From a virus (taxonomy: Duplodnaviria > Caudoviricetes), in the IMG/VR virus record IMGVR_UViG_3300045743_000846, positions 1-57,983 of that record: 57,983 bases of DNA; one strand, written 5' to 3'. The position numbers were made by a program, and so were the translations under genes. This document shows positions 8,320 to 18,836 of this stretch, one piece after another (the first letter of the stretch is position 1; each line of letters begins with the position of its first letter). The notes beneath the pieces are model-generated. The model was not told the origin of the DNA and ran no database searches. It saw nothing but the letters and a program-made list of their open reading frames with translations.

Positions 8320-9858
8320 ATGGCGATGCAAACCGAACAAAGCCGCGCCGAGGCACTGGAGCGCACCATTCACGCCTTGCGGCGCGATATGGTCTTGCAC
8401 TGTGAAACCTGCATGCACGTCCAAACCAAAGACGGCAAGCGGGTGCGATTGACGTTCAACCGTGCCCAGCGCCACATTCACCGGCTGATTGAAGAACAAA
8501 GAAAGCGCACCGGCAAGGTACGGGCGATTGTGCTAAAGGGGCGGCAACAAGGGGCTTCTACCTATATCGGTGCGCGCTTTTATTGTCGTTCCAGCATCAA
8601 TTTTGGCCAGAACGCCTTCATCGTGGCGCATGAACAAAAGGCGACCGACAATCTTTTTAGGATGGTCAAGCGCTACCACGCACTTAACCCGTTTTCGCCG
8701 TCAACCAGTGCTACCAATGCCAAGGAACTGGTGTTCGATAAGCTCGATGGCGGCTACAAGCTGGCGACAGCAGGCACCAAGGACGTTGGCCGTTCCAACA
8801 CCGCGCAATTGCTGCACGCTTCCGAATTTGCCTATTGGGACAATGCCCAATTGCATATGGCCGGTTTGGGCAATACCATTTCCGACTTGCCCGGCACGGA
8901 AATTATCATCGAATCGACCGCCAACGGCATTGGCGGCGCATTCCACAGCCTGTGGCAAGACGCCGAAGCCGGGCGCGGTGATTACATCCCGATCTTTGTG
9001 CCGTGGTTTTGGCAACCGGAATATCAGTCCCGCGTGCCAGCCGATTTTGCACTGACGCCGGACGATAGCAAGTATCAAGCCGCCTACGGCCTGAGCTTGG
9101 CCCAAATGGCATGGCGGCGCAGCAAAATTATTACCTATGGCCGGGGCTTTGAATGGCTGTTCGATCAAGAATATCCGGCTACCCCGGCCTTGGCATTCCG
9201 CAGTGCCACGCGTGACCCGCTGATCAATCCTACCACGGTGATGGCTGCCGTCAACAGCCGTTTTAAAGAGCGCTTTGGCGCGTTTGTGATTGGTTGCGAC
9301 CCGGCAGAATATGGCGATGACCGCACCGCCATCTGTTTCCGCCATGGCCGCACCGTCTTTAGAATTGAGTTTCACGAAAAAATGGGGCCGATGGAAGTGG
9401 CCGGTTTGCTGGCCCACTACTGGCGCAAGTTTAACCCTGATGCCTTGCTGGTGGACAAAATCGGCATCGGCAGCGGGATTGTCGGCAGGCTCAAGGAATT
9501 ACACATTCCGGTAATTGGGGTTAACTCTGCCGCCCGTGCCTACGACCACGAGACCTACGCCAATAAACGCGCCGAGATGTGGTACACGCTCAAGGAATGG
9601 TTAGAAGATGGCCCGAACCGCTTACCGAACAATGCCGCCCTGATTGCCGATTTGTCGGCACCGAGTTATAAATATAGCAGCAATGGCAGTCGCCTACTTG
9701 AATCCAAGGAAAGCATGAGAAAGCGCGGTATCCGTTCGCCCGATGGTGCCGATGCGCTGGCGCTCACCTTCGCCGAACCGGTGGTGCCGCGCGCCCTGCG
9801 TGAAACCCGACTTGGCGGGAGTGGCCAACATCAAGCCGCCAGCAATGCCGGGTACTAA
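8320..9858 (+). CDS. terL: Terminase large subunit
   Basis: Walker A LKGRQQGAST, Walker B LLHASEFAYW, IESTANG coupling motif, nuclease motifs GCDPAEYGDD and SPDGADALALTF. Confidence 0.95.
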   Translation: MAMQTEQSRAEALERTIHALRRDMVLHCETCMHVQTKDGKRVRLTFNRAQRHIHRLIEEQRKRTGKVRAIVLKGRQQGASTYIGARFYCRSSINFGQNAFIVAHEQKATDNLFRMVKRYHALNPFSPSTSATNAKELVFDKLDGGYKLATAGTKDVGRSNTAQLLHASEFAYWDNAQLHMAGLGNTISDLPGTEIIIESTANGIGGAFHSLWQDAEAGRGDYIPIFVPWFWQPEYQSRVPADFALTPDDSKYQAAYGLSLAQMAWRRSKIITYGRGFEWLFDQEYPATPALAFRSATRDPLINPTTVMAAVNSRFKERFGAFVIGCDPAEYGDDRTAICFRHGRTVFRIEFHEKMGPMEVAGLLAHYWRKFNPDALLVDKIGIGSGIVGRLKELHIPVIGVNSAARAYDHETYANKRAEMWYTLKEWLEDGPNRLPNNAALIADLSAPSYKYSSNGSRLLESKESMRKRGIRSPDGADALALTFAEPVVPRALRETRLGGSGQHQAASNAGY

Positions 9859-9977
9859 GCCCGCTGTCATCCGTGCGTGAACCACGCCTGCACTATTGTT
9901 TGCCCCGCTGTTGGCACTGATTTTTGCCCCGCTGTTTCCCCCCTGTTTTTGATGTCTGCACCAACCCACCCGAATCC

Positions 9978-12326
9978 ATGAATCCAACCCAAGCCGAACA
10001 AGAATACATCGCCGCCGCCACGCAAGGCATGATGGACAACAACCCGCGCGCCTACATCGCCCTTGATGCGCTCGGTAGCCTGTTGCTGGCCGAATTCCAT
10101 CAGGCGGTGCAGGAACGGCGCGACACCGAGCAGCGCTGGCTCAAGGATTTGCGCCAATACCGGGGCGTGTATGAGCCGGAAACCGAAGCCAAAATCGGCC
10201 CAAACCGTTCCAAAGCCTTTGTCCGGGCCACCCGGGTAAAAGTCAAGACAGCGGATGCACGCGTCACCGATTTACTGTTTCCGGCCAATTCCGAGCGTAA
10301 CTGGACAGCCGAACCGACGCCCGTACCCGCGATTGACCGCAGCACGCGCCGCCAGTTGATTGCCGCCTTGCGCGAAACCTTGCAGCGCCAGCCCAGCCAG
10401 TCAGAAATCGATGGCGCGATTGCCAAATGGGCCAAGGATGCGGCGCAGCGCATGACCCGCGTGATTGACGACCAACTGACCGAAGCGCGCTACAAAGACA
10501 CCGCCCGTAAAGTCTTGCATTCGGGCCACCTGTACGGCACCGGCATCTTGAAAGCGCCGCTGGTAGAGCGCAAAACCCGCACCAAATACCGGATGCAAAA
10601 AGGCGTTTGGCGCAGCAAAACCGAAGCGTATGTGGTGCCGTTCGTTGATTACGTGCCCTTGTGGCGCTTTTACCCGGACATGAGCGCCACCGAACTGGCC
10701 GAATGCCGCTATGTGTTTGAGCGGCACCTGATGACCCGTGCCCAATTGGCCAAACTGGCGAATAACCCCTCATTCGACGCCGATAAAATCCGCGCTACCA
10801 TCCTGAGCAACCCGCACGGCAGCCAAAGCCCGACCGAATACGACAGCGAAATCCGGCAAATCGGCGAGCGCAGTACCGGCAAAAACGATGGCCGCTACGA
10901 AGTACTGGAACGCTGGGGCTGGCTCGATGGCGAACTGTTGGCCGGGGCCGGGGTGGAGGTGCCAATTGAACGGATGCACGAAACCTTTTTTGCCAATTGC
11001 TGGCTGTTGCCCACTGGTGAAGTGTTAAAAATCGTACTGCAACCGATTAATGGCGTGACCTGGCCGTATCACCTGTACTACGCCGACAAAGACGAAACCA
11101 ATCTGTTTGGCGATGGCTTTGCTGCCATCATGCGCGACGATCAAACCATGATCAACGCCGGAACGCGTATGGTGCTGGACAATGCCGCCCTGACCGCCGG
11201 GCCACAGATCGAAGCCAATCTGCGTTTACTGTCTGCCACCGAGCAGGCCGACCAGATGTACCCCTTTAAAATTTGGGCCAGAAACGGAGAAGACCCCGGC
11301 ACCCCGGCGATTCGTGTATTGAATTTACCCAATGGCTTGGATACGCTGATGCCATTGATCAATATGTTCAAACTCAATGCCGATGATGTGACCGCCATTC
11401 CGCGCTACATGCAGGGAGAAAACGCCACCCAGGGCGCGGCGGGCACCGCTTCCGGCATGTCCATGTTGATGACCAATGCCAGCATCGTCATGAAGGATTT
11501 GATTACCAACTACGATGAAGGCGTCACCCGCACCTTCATTGAAGCGCTGTACCGCTGGAACATGCAATTTAACCCGGACAACCGCATCAAGGGCGATTTC
11601 GACATCAAGGCACGCGGCACTGCGTCACTGATGGCGAAAGAAGTGCGCGCCCAGCAGCTTGACCAATTCGCCGCCACCCTTGGCCCGGATGATGCACCGT
11701 ATATCAAACGCGAAGAACTGCTGCGCCAGCGCGCCGAAGCCCATGATTTGGCTTCCGTGATCAAAACCGAGCAAGAAGTCGCCATGGAGCAAAGTAGCGG
11801 TGCAGCCCAGCAGCAAGCGCAAGCCCAACAGCAGGCGCAACAGATGCAGCAGCAAGCGCAGCAACTGCAAATGGCGCAGGCACAACTTAGCTTAACCAAG
11901 ATGCAAGCCGAAGTCGATAAACTGAATGCCGAAGTTGACCGCATCCGCGCTGTGGCGCTTAAAACCAAGGTTGAAGCGGCCTATGCCGGGATGCAGGCCG
12001 GTGGCGTGGCGACTGAGCGGCCCACCATTGCCCCGGCAGGGGATGCGATTTTACTGGCGGCAGGCTGGCAGGCGGCGCTACCGGCGCAGGGGGCGGCAGG
12101 TGATGGCGCAGTAGGCAATGGAGCAGCGGCAAATGACATGGCGGGGAATGGCACAGGCGCAGCGCCAGCCCTTGCCGATAACGGCTTGCCCACCCCGCCC
12201 GCCATGCCGGATGCTGGCACACCCGCTATCACGCCAGTGCTACCGACCAGCGCACAGGCCGGGGCCAATGTCGGCGAACGGCACGGCATCGAAACTGCGC
12301 GCATTGAAGCGACCAACCCGGCATAA
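9978..12326 (+). CDS. Portal protein (podovirus type)
   Basis: ~780 aa after terL; QRWLKDLRQY, GHLYGTGILK and TASGMSMLM motifs; Gln-rich coiled-coil C-terminal region. Confidence 0.9.
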   Translation: MNPTQAEQEYIAAATQGMMDNNPRAYIALDALGSLLLAEFHQAVQERRDTEQRWLKDLRQYRGVYEPETEAKIGPNRSKAFVRATRVKVKTADARVTDLLFPANSERNWTAEPTPVPAIDRSTRRQLIAALRETLQRQPSQSEIDGAIAKWAKDAAQRMTRVIDDQLTEARYKDTARKVLHSGHLYGTGILKAPLVERKTRTKYRMQKGVWRSKTEAYVVPFVDYVPLWRFYPDMSATELAECRYVFERHLMTRAQLAKLANNPSFDADKIRATILSNPHGSQSPTEYDSEIRQIGERSTGKNDGRYEVLERWGWLDGELLAGAGVEVPIERMHETFFANCWLLPTGEVLKIVLQPINGVTWPYHLYYADKDETNLFGDGFAAIMRDDQTMINAGTRMVLDNAALTAGPQIEANLRLLSATEQADQMYPFKIWARNGEDPGTPAIRVLNLPNGLDTLMPLINMFKLNADDVTAIPRYMQGENATQGAAGTASGMSMLMTNASIVMKDLITNYDEGVTRTFIEALYRWNMQFNPDNRIKGDFDIKARGTASLMAKEVRAQQLDQFAATLGPDDAPYIKREELLRQRAEAHDLASVIKTEQEVAMEQSSGAAQQQAQAQQQAQQMQQQAQQLQMAQAQLSLTKMQAEVDKLNAEVDRIRAVALKTKVEAAYAGMQAGGVATERPTIAPAGDAILLAAGWQAALPAQGAAGDGAVGNGAAANDMAGNGTGAAPALADNGLPTPPAMPDAGTPAITPVLPTSAQAGANVGERHGIETARIEATNPA

Positions 12327-12418
12327 AGCGCGACATGCGCCGCCAAACAACGCCGCGCTTATCTACCGCTTATCTGCCGCTCATCCACCAAGTTATCACC
12401 CAACTGACAAGGATAATC

Positions 12419-12628
12419 ATGACCACAGCCTGTTATGGCGACATTTCGCCGCGCACCATGGCTTTTGTAGAAAAACCGGGGATTCAGAAACACACCATCC
12501 AACACATGGTGTTACAACGGCTTGAAGTGCGGGATACGCAACTTAAAATGATTCAAATGCAAGCTGAAATCGATAGGCTGAAGGCAGAAGTCGAACGCCG
12601 CCGCATCGAACCAACCACGGCAGCATAA
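12419..12628 (+). CDS. 69-aa chimeric mini-protein: capsid N-terminus fused to portal C-terminal segments
   Basis: MTTACYGDISPRTMAFVEK matches the capsid start MATTSYGDISPRTAAYAEK; QMQAEIDRLKAEVERRR matches portal KMQAEVDKLNAEVDRIR; RIEPTTAA* matches portal end RIEATNPA*; RBS region ctgacaagga shared with the capsid gene. Confidence 0.7.
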   Translation: MTTACYGDISPRTMAFVEKPGIQKHTIQHMVLQRLEVRDTQLKMIQMQAEIDRLKAEVERRRIEPTTAA

Positions 12629-12636
12629 GACGGCCC

Positions 12637-12885
12637 ATGCTCACCACACCCGAACAACGCCGCGTCAACTTGCAGGCGACCAGCACCGATTTTGTGGCCT
12701 TCCGCAACAGTGCGCAAACTCGTGAACTGGTGGCCCTGTTGGATGCCATGATCGATCAATACCACGCCGATTTGGCCAGCGTCAAGCCGGAACGGTTGCT
12801 GTATGTGCAGGGCGCACTGGCCCAAGTGATGGCGCTACGTGCGCTGGCCTGTAGCGACAGTTTGCACTTGTCGCCGCTGATTTGA
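12637..12885 (+). CDS. Small head-module protein
   Basis: 82 aa between portal and scaffold, helical, LLYVQGALAQV motif typical of this position. Confidence 0.7.
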   Translation: MLTTPEQRRVNLQATSTDFVAFRNSAQTRELVALLDAMIDQYHADLASVKPERLLYVQGALAQVMALRALACSDSLHLSPLI

Positions 12886-12929
12886 GGCACGGCAAGGCAC
12901 GCCACCCGCTTTTATTGTTTTATCCACCG

Positions 12930-12952
12930 ACCCGCCCATGGCGGGTTTTTTT
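12930..12952 (+). terminator. Intrinsic terminator-like hairpin before the scaffold gene
   Basis: acccgcc-cat-ggcgggt followed by a T run. Confidence 0.8.
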
Positions 12953-12975
12953 ATTGTTTGACCCATGAGGAACCC

Positions 12976-13902
12976 ATGCGAAATGAAGAATCCGACCTGC
13001 CCGACCATGACGCCGAATTTGCTGCCGAATTCAACCGGGACGAGCCAAGCGGCACGCCGCCGTCAGCCGGGGCAACGAGCGCGCCGCCAGCGGCTGATAC
13101 CGGCAAAAAATCGAAGACCGCCAAAAAGCCGCGCCAGAAGGTAGGCGATAGCCATATGGCCGAGGCTGGACAAATGGCCCATGAACCGATGCAGGCGGGC
13201 AATGCCGCAAAAATGGCGATGCAGCACGCCGATGAAGCCAAGCGCCTGATGCAAATGGAAGCAAGCTTGCAGGCACGCGCGCGCGAGCTGGATAGCCGGG
13301 AAGCAGCGATGAAGCGGCACGACGGCAAAGCCGGGATGGACAAATCCGGGGCGGGCGGCATGCCAGATGACCATTCCACCGACCCGGCAAGCGACCAAGC
13401 CGACGACCCGATGGCCATCCTTTCCGCTGAATTTGGGGCCGATTTCGGCGATCTGCTGACTCGCGCCATTATCCAAATCTGCCAGCAACAAATCGGCCAC
13501 GGCATGAACAGCCTTGACGCCAAGGTTGAGAGTTTGATTGCCCACCTGAGCCAGGAGCGCCAGCAAAACCACTTGCAAACCATTGCCGCCAGCCACAAGG
13601 ATTTTATGGAAATCGTTGATTCCCCGGCCTTTATGGAGTGGAAAAGCGAACAGGACGCCAGCGGCCAAGCCGATATCGCGCGCGTGATGGAACAAGGCAG
13701 CGCGCAAGAAATCATCGCCATGCTGACCCGGTTTAAGCAGGATCAAGCCGATGACGACGATGATGATGGAAATGCCACCGCTCACGCCAGCGCGCACGAC
13801 CCGGCCATGGCGGCTGCCGAAGGCGTGCGCTCCTCTGGTATCCGTCTGCCCAAAGCCCCCAGTGCGGCAGATGATTTTGCGGCTGCCTGGAACGAAGCCT
13901 GA
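12976..13902 (+). CDS. Capsid scaffolding protein
   Basis: Acidic/helical; HKDFMEIVDSPAFMEW motif and terminal DDFAAAWNEA; GAGGA RBS; precedes capsid. Confidence 0.8.
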   Translation: MRNEESDLPDHDAEFAAEFNRDEPSGTPPSAGATSAPPAADTGKKSKTAKKPRQKVGDSHMAEAGQMAHEPMQAGNAAKMAMQHADEAKRLMQMEASLQARARELDSREAAMKRHDGKAGMDKSGAGGMPDDHSTDPASDQADDPMAILSAEFGADFGDLLTRAIIQICQQQIGHGMNSLDAKVESLIAHLSQERQQNHLQTIAASHKDFMEIVDSPAFMEWKSEQDASGQADIARVMEQGSAQEIIAMLTRFKQDQADDDDDDGNATAHASAHDPAMAAAEGVRSSGIRLPKAPSAADDFAAAWNEA

Positions 13903-14056
13903 ACCAACATCGACCCGGATTGGGCAGTAAGCCGGGCCACGCCGAGGCACCAAGCAACGCCCCAAGTAACGCTCCACCGCAAGCAGCAGCCAGCGCCGTA
14001 CCCGGCTGTTTTCCCGCTTGTTTTTTCACTTATCCCCCACCTGACAAGGACACTCT

Positions 14057-15058
14057 ATGGCCACAACCAGCTATGGCGATATTTCGCCGCGTACCGCCGC
14101 CTACGCAGAAAAGGAATTACTCAAACGCGCCATCCCGTTCATGGTCTTGGAACGCTTTGGCCAAAGCAAGCAATTGCCGAGCAACAAAACCAAAACCGTG
14201 GTATTTCGCCGTTATAACGCACTCGACACCACCCCGACCGCCTTAGTGGAAGGCGTTACCCCCGGTTCGCAAAGCATGACTTCCACCGATGTCACTTGCG
14301 TGCTGACCCAATACGGTTCCCGCATCACGATTACCGACGTGATCATGGATACCCATGAAGATGAGGTATTGAACGAAGCGATTGAAATGTTGGGTGAACA
14401 AGCGCCGCAAGTGATCGAACGCATGCGCTTTGGCGTATTGCGTGCAGGCACCAATGTGGTGTACGGCAACGGGGCCAGCCGCTCTGCCGTGAATACCCCG
14501 ATTACGCTGGCAGCACAGCGGCGCGTGGTCAAAGCCTTAAAACGGCAAAACGCCGAGCAAATCACCAAGGTGATTAAATCTACCCCGGCTTGGGGCACCG
14601 AAGCGGTGGCCAAAAGCTATATTGGCCTGATCCACCCGGACATGGAACCCGATGTGCGCAATATGATTGGGGCCGATGGCAAATCGGTGTTTGTCCCGGT
14701 GGAAAAATACGGTTCGATGGTGCCCTATGAAAACGAAATCGGCAAGGTGGATGATGTGCGCTATCTGTCATCCACCATTTTTACGCCGTTTTTGGATGCA
14801 GGCGGGGCCAAGGGCTTGATGACTTCCACGGGCGGCACCAATGCCGATGTGTATTCGGCACTGTTCATCGGGGCCAATGCCTATGGCGTGGTGGCATTAA
14901 AGGGCATGTTTGCCATGACGCCGTTGGTGGTCAACCCGAAACCGTCCGACTCCGACCCACTGGCCCAGCGTGGCCATGTCGGCTGGAAAGCGTTTCAGGG
15001 CGCGGTGATTCTCAACGATGCATGGATGTGCCGGGGCGAATTTGCCGTGACGGCCTAA
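14057..15058 (+). CDS. Major capsid protein, N4-gp56 family
   Basis: YGDISPRT, FRRY, EGVTP, EIGKVDDVR and DPLAQRGHVGWK motifs. Confidence 0.93.
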   Translation: MATTSYGDISPRTAAYAEKELLKRAIPFMVLERFGQSKQLPSNKTKTVVFRRYNALDTTPTALVEGVTPGSQSMTSTDVTCVLTQYGSRITITDVIMDTHEDEVLNEAIEMLGEQAPQVIERMRFGVLRAGTNVVYGNGASRSAVNTPITLAAQRRVVKALKRQNAEQITKVIKSTPAWGTEAVAKSYIGLIHPDMEPDVRNMIGADGKSVFVPVEKYGSMVPYENEIGKVDDVRYLSSTIFTPFLDAGGAKGLMTSTGGTNADVYSALFIGANAYGVVALKGMFAMTPLVVNPKPSDSDPLAQRGHVGWKAFQGAVILNDAWMCRGEFAVTA

Positions 15059-15126
15059 GCCTGACGTTTTGATTCACCCATTCCACGTTTCTCCATTCCC
15101 ATTCATTTTTATCCCCAAGGAACCCT

Positions 15127-15615
15127 ATGACCCAACAAGAGAGCAGCATTACCACGCTTGACGATGATGAAGACAACCCCAACCACGGCAACCTCAACCA
15201 CGGACAGCCCGATGACGAGGCGCAAGACGAACACGGCAACGAACACATTGCAGTGGCCGACCATGGCGACCGGATGTGCGGCAGGCGCATGGAGCTGGTG
15301 CTACACGCCGGGGAAGGCGAAGCGGGCCGTCAAGCCGCGTTTATCGGGATTAACACCCATGGTTTTAACATTCCGCGCTCGGTCAAGGTATCGGTGCCGG
15401 TGGAAGTGGTGGAAATTATCGAAAACGCCACCATGACCATTTACGAACAGATAGGAGAAAAGATTTATGAGCGCGAAGTGAAGCGCTTTTCTTATACGGC
15501 GCGGCCCTTGCCCAACCCGGCCTCTGCCGACAAGGCAGGTCTGGCCAAATCCGGCAAGGGCCAAAGTGCCAGCCAGCGCAGCGTATCCGGTAAAAAATCC
15601 GGTCAGGGCCGCTGA
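15127..15615 (+). CDS. Phage head-associated hypothetical protein
   Basis: FIGINTHGFNIPRSVKVSVPVEVVEIIENA resembles a motif common after N4-type capsid genes; AAGGA RBS. Confidence 0.7.
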   Translation: MTQQESSITTLDDDEDNPNHGNLNHGQPDDEAQDEHGNEHIAVADHGDRMCGRRMELVLHAGEGEAGRQAAFIGINTHGFNIPRSVKVSVPVEVVEIIENATMTIYEQIGEKIYEREVKRFSYTARPLPNPASADKAGLAKSGKGQSASQRSVSGKKSGQGR

Positions 15616-15617
15616 TC

Positions 15618-16253
15618 ATGGCGCAACTGGCTGAATTTTTACCGTATGTGCTGCCATATGCGGCAGGCTGTTCTGCGCCGCTGGCAGAACAGCAAATCCG
15701 GCAAATCTGCATCGACTTTTGTATGCATGTGCCGGTGGTGCAGCTTACGCTTGACCCGCTCGACTTATTGGCCGGACAGCGTGAGTATGATATCGATAGC
15801 CCGCCCGGCAGTGAAACCAGCGACATTTTACAGGCGTGGTTTCAAGGCCAGCCCTTGCCGATTGTTAGCGGCAAGTCCGGTGCAGGGCCGTGGTTTGCAC
15901 CGAACGCCACGCCCGGGCCACCGCTGGCACTGCGCCAGCGTGCCGCCAACACCTTTGAACTGGATCGTGCGCCCGCAGAAAGCCTGTCGCAAGCGTTGAT
16001 TTTGCAGATTGCCACCCGACCCAGCCGCAACAGCAATCAAATTGCCGATATTTTGTTCAACGATTATGCCTATGGCATCGGTCAGGGTGTGGTGGCGCGC
16101 CTGCTGATGATGCCGGGCCATTCCTTTAGTAATCCGGGCATGGCGGCCTACTACCACAGCGAGTATTTACGGGTACGGGCCGAAGCCCGCATCCGGGTAG
16201 CACGCGATTTTAACCCGGTGGCGCTACGGGTTGCGCCACGCGCTTTTGCCTGA
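15618..16253 (+). CDS. Head-tail adaptor protein
   Basis: FLPYVLPYAAGCS..IDFC start and RLLMMPGHSFSNP motif; position. Confidence 0.75.
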   Translation: MAQLAEFLPYVLPYAAGCSAPLAEQQIRQICIDFCMHVPVVQLTLDPLDLLAGQREYDIDSPPGSETSDILQAWFQGQPLPIVSGKSGAGPWFAPNATPGPPLALRQRAANTFELDRAPAESLSQALILQIATRPSRNSNQIADILFNDYAYGIGQGVVARLLMMPGHSFSNPGMAAYYHSEYLRVRAEARIRVARDFNPVALRVAPRAFA

Positions 16254-16331
16254 ATCTGCCCTGCAATCGTTTCAGAAGCGTCCCGCAATTCTCCCTGAAT
16301 CATCCTTCAATCCAAACCCCAAGGAATCATC

Positions 16332-16991
16332 ATGCCCCTTGTTACCGTAGCGGCCACGCTCGCGCGCGCCGCCACCTTGCTGCAAGATGTCAGCAACATC
16401 CGCTGGCCGCAAGCTGAATTGCTCGATTGGCTAAACGATGGCCAGCGTGACATTGTTCTCAAAAAGCCCAATGCCAGCGTTAAAAACAGCGCTTTGCCCC
16501 TGCAAGCGGGCACCAAACAAAGCTTGCCAGCCGATGGCGTGCAATTAATCGACATCGTGCGCAACCTGCCCGGTGAGGCGATTCGGTTGGTCAGCCGGGA
16601 AATTCTCGATGCTCAGGTGCCCAACTGGCACAGCAGCACAGCCAGCAGCAGCGTAAAGCACTACTGCTATAGCGAGCTGGACTTAAAAAACTTCTATGTC
16701 TGGCCACCCAACAATGGCAACGGCACGGTGGAATTGATCTATAGCGCAGCACCGGCCAATGCCAGCTTGAACGGGGTGATATCGGTCGATGACATTTACC
16801 AATCGGTCTTGCTCGATTACATCCTGTACCGCGCTTGGAGCAAGGATGCCGAATATGCCTCCGACCCGGCGCGCGCGGCGGCGCATTATGCGGCATTTGT
16901 CAATGCCTTGGGCAGCAAAGCCCAGGTGGAAATGGGTGCATCGCCCAATGCCATGGCAAGTGGCAATCCGAATGTGGTGCGGCACGGTTAG
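16332..16991 (+). CDS. Adaptor / structural protein (DUF6682-like)
   Basis: LLQD..RWPQAELLDWLNDGQ and LLDYILYRAWSKDAEY motifs. Confidence 0.75.
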   Translation: MPLVTVAATLARAATLLQDVSNIRWPQAELLDWLNDGQRDIVLKKPNASVKNSALPLQAGTKQSLPADGVQLIDIVRNLPGEAIRLVSREILDAQVPNWHSSTASSSVKHYCYSELDLKNFYVWPPNNGNGTVELIYSAAPANASLNGVISVDDIYQSVLLDYILYRAWSKDAEYASDPARAAAHYAAFVNALGSKAQVEMGASPNAMASGNPNVVRHG

Positions 16992-17076
16992 CCGGTAGCC
17001 GCTTTACCCCGCATTACCCCGCTTTTACTTCGCTTTCCGCCCCAATTTCATTGCTTACCTTGCAAAGGATTAATCC

Positions 17077-17505
17077 ATGCCCGGTTCCCTGTCCGATTAT
17101 CTCGAACAAAACATTATCAACGCCACCTTGCGCGGTGTGGCCTTGCCGCTACCGACCAATGTGTTTCTGGCCCTGTTCACTGCCAGCCCAACCGATGCCA
17201 ATATTACGGCCAATGAAGTCACGCTGGCAGCGTGGCCCGCCTACGTTCGGCAAAATGCAGCCGCAGGCGGGCCGATTGCCAACGGCTGGAGCGCGCCCGT
17301 GAACGGGGTTTCCAACAATGCCTTGCTGCTGACCTTTCCCGCCAATAACGGTGCTGCTGCTGTGACCGTGACCCATATCGGCCTGTATGACGCGGCGACG
17401 GGTGGCAATTTGCTGTATCACAACGTGTTGGCCATCAGCAAAACCATGCAACCGACTGACGTACTGACCTTTCCGGCTAACACCATCAGCATTACGCTGG
17501 ATTAA
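17077..17505 (+). CDS. Small virion structural (tail-associated) protein
   Basis: SDYLEQNIINATLRG..LALFTASPTD..THIGLYDAATGGNLLY family pattern. Confidence 0.75.
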   Translation: MPGSLSDYLEQNIINATLRGVALPLPTNVFLALFTASPTDANITANEVTLAAWPAYVRQNAAAGGPIANGWSAPVNGVSNNALLLTFPANNGAAAVTVTHIGLYDAATGGNLLYHNVLAISKTMQPTDVLTFPANTISITLD

Positions 17506-17507
17506 GC

Positions 17508-18782
17508 ATGGATGGGGCCAGCCTGAACGGGTTTGAGTTCAATGGCAGTGCCTTGAACGGTGGCAGTGGTGTGCCCGTGCAAACCGGTGCGGCCAGTTTG
17601 TTGGCCGGGGCCGATTTGGTCAGCACGGGTAAAGTCGTGCAAAGCGGCAATGCCAGCGGGGCCAGTGGCATTAGCGCTAGCGCCAGCCTGTCGGCCAATC
17701 CTACCCGACAGGTGCAAGGCGGTAGCCAGATCAGTGCCGGGGCCAACTTGGTGGCCGGGGCTACGCTACGGCAAAGCGCCAGTAGTAATGCAACGGCGGG
17801 GGCCACCCTTTCTGCCAATGCTGTGGTGCTACGTTTTGCCAGTGCGCAATTCTCGGTGCAGGCGCAATTGCAGGCGCAGCCACAGCAAAGCCTGTCCGGG
17901 CAAAGTAGCATCAGTGGCGGGGCCAGCCTGAGCGCCAACCCGGTACGTGTTAGCAGCGGCAATGCCAGCGGTGTGGCCAGTATCAGCGCCGGGGCCAATC
18001 TGGATGGCAATCCGACCCGTGTTATCTCTGCCAGCGCGGCGTTCAGTGGCGGGGCGAACCTGCAAGCCAGCCCGCTAACCAATATTCCGAGCGCCAACTT
18101 GCAAGCCGGGGCCAACCTGCTGGCGAATGGCGTGCTGTTGCGTTCCGGTAGCGCCAGTCTGGTGGCGGGGGCCGGGTTGTTGGGTAACCCGGTACTGGTG
18201 CAACGTGCGGCGGCGGGCATGGCAGGCGGGGCCAGTCTGGTTGCCAATCCGGTGCTGTTAAGGGTTGCCGGGGCCAGTTTGAGCGCGGGGGCCGACCTGA
18301 GCGCGCAAGGGCAACGGCGGCAAGTGGCCAGTAGCAGCGCCAATGCCCAAGCCAATCTTGCTGCGCAGCCGGTACAGGTGCTGGCGGGTAGTGCCACGGC
18401 CAGCGTGGTTAGTAACCTCAATGCGGTTGCTGCCCTGGCACGCTTTGGCAGTAGCAGCATCAGCGCGGGGGCCAGCCTGAATGCCAATGGCCAGCGCCTG
18501 CAAAGTGGCGGTGCGGTGCTGACCGGGCAAGCGGGCCTTGTCGCCAATCCGGTTCGGGTGCAAAGCGGTAGTGTGGCCTGCATTGGCGGAGCCAGTTTGT
18601 CGGCCAATCCGGTATTGCTGTTGATGGGCCAAGCCGCCTTGACGGGTGGGGCCAGTCTGGTTGCGCGTGCCGTGAGCAACATCGCCGCGCATGATCCACC
18701 CGAACGCACCATGTGCCGCATGGCCAGCGAGCGTAGTATGCGCCGCCCGGCCACTGAGCGCACCATGCGGCGCAGCCCGTAA
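17508..18782 (+). CDS. Gly/Ala/Ser-rich repeat virion protein (~23-aa repeats)
   Basis: Repeated ASLSAGA(N/S)L.ANPV units; C-terminal PPERTM repeats. Confidence 0.75.
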   Translation: MDGASLNGFEFNGSALNGGSGVPVQTGAASLLAGADLVSTGKVVQSGNASGASGISASASLSANPTRQVQGGSQISAGANLVAGATLRQSASSNATAGATLSANAVVLRFASAQFSVQAQLQAQPQQSLSGQSSISGGASLSANPVRVSSGNASGVASISAGANLDGNPTRVISASAAFSGGANLQASPLTNIPSANLQAGANLLANGVLLRSGSASLVAGAGLLGNPVLVQRAAAGMAGGASLVANPVLLRVAGASLSAGADLSAQGQRRQVASSSANAQANLAAQPVQVLAGSATASVVSNLNAVAALARFGSSSISAGASLNANGQRLQSGGAVLTGQAGLVANPVRVQSGSVACIGGASLSANPVLLLMGQAALTGGASLVARAVSNIAAHDPPERTMCRMASERSMRRPATERTMRRSP

Positions 18783-18836
18783 CGAATGCCGTATTGGTGT
18801 CTTATTTGATCCACCCTGCCAACCCGAAAGCACACC

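Noticed and set aside
17508-18782. CRISPR-like or non-coding repeat array
   Set aside because: Repeats are degenerate, in frame and coding; no identical repeats with unique spacers and no cas genes.
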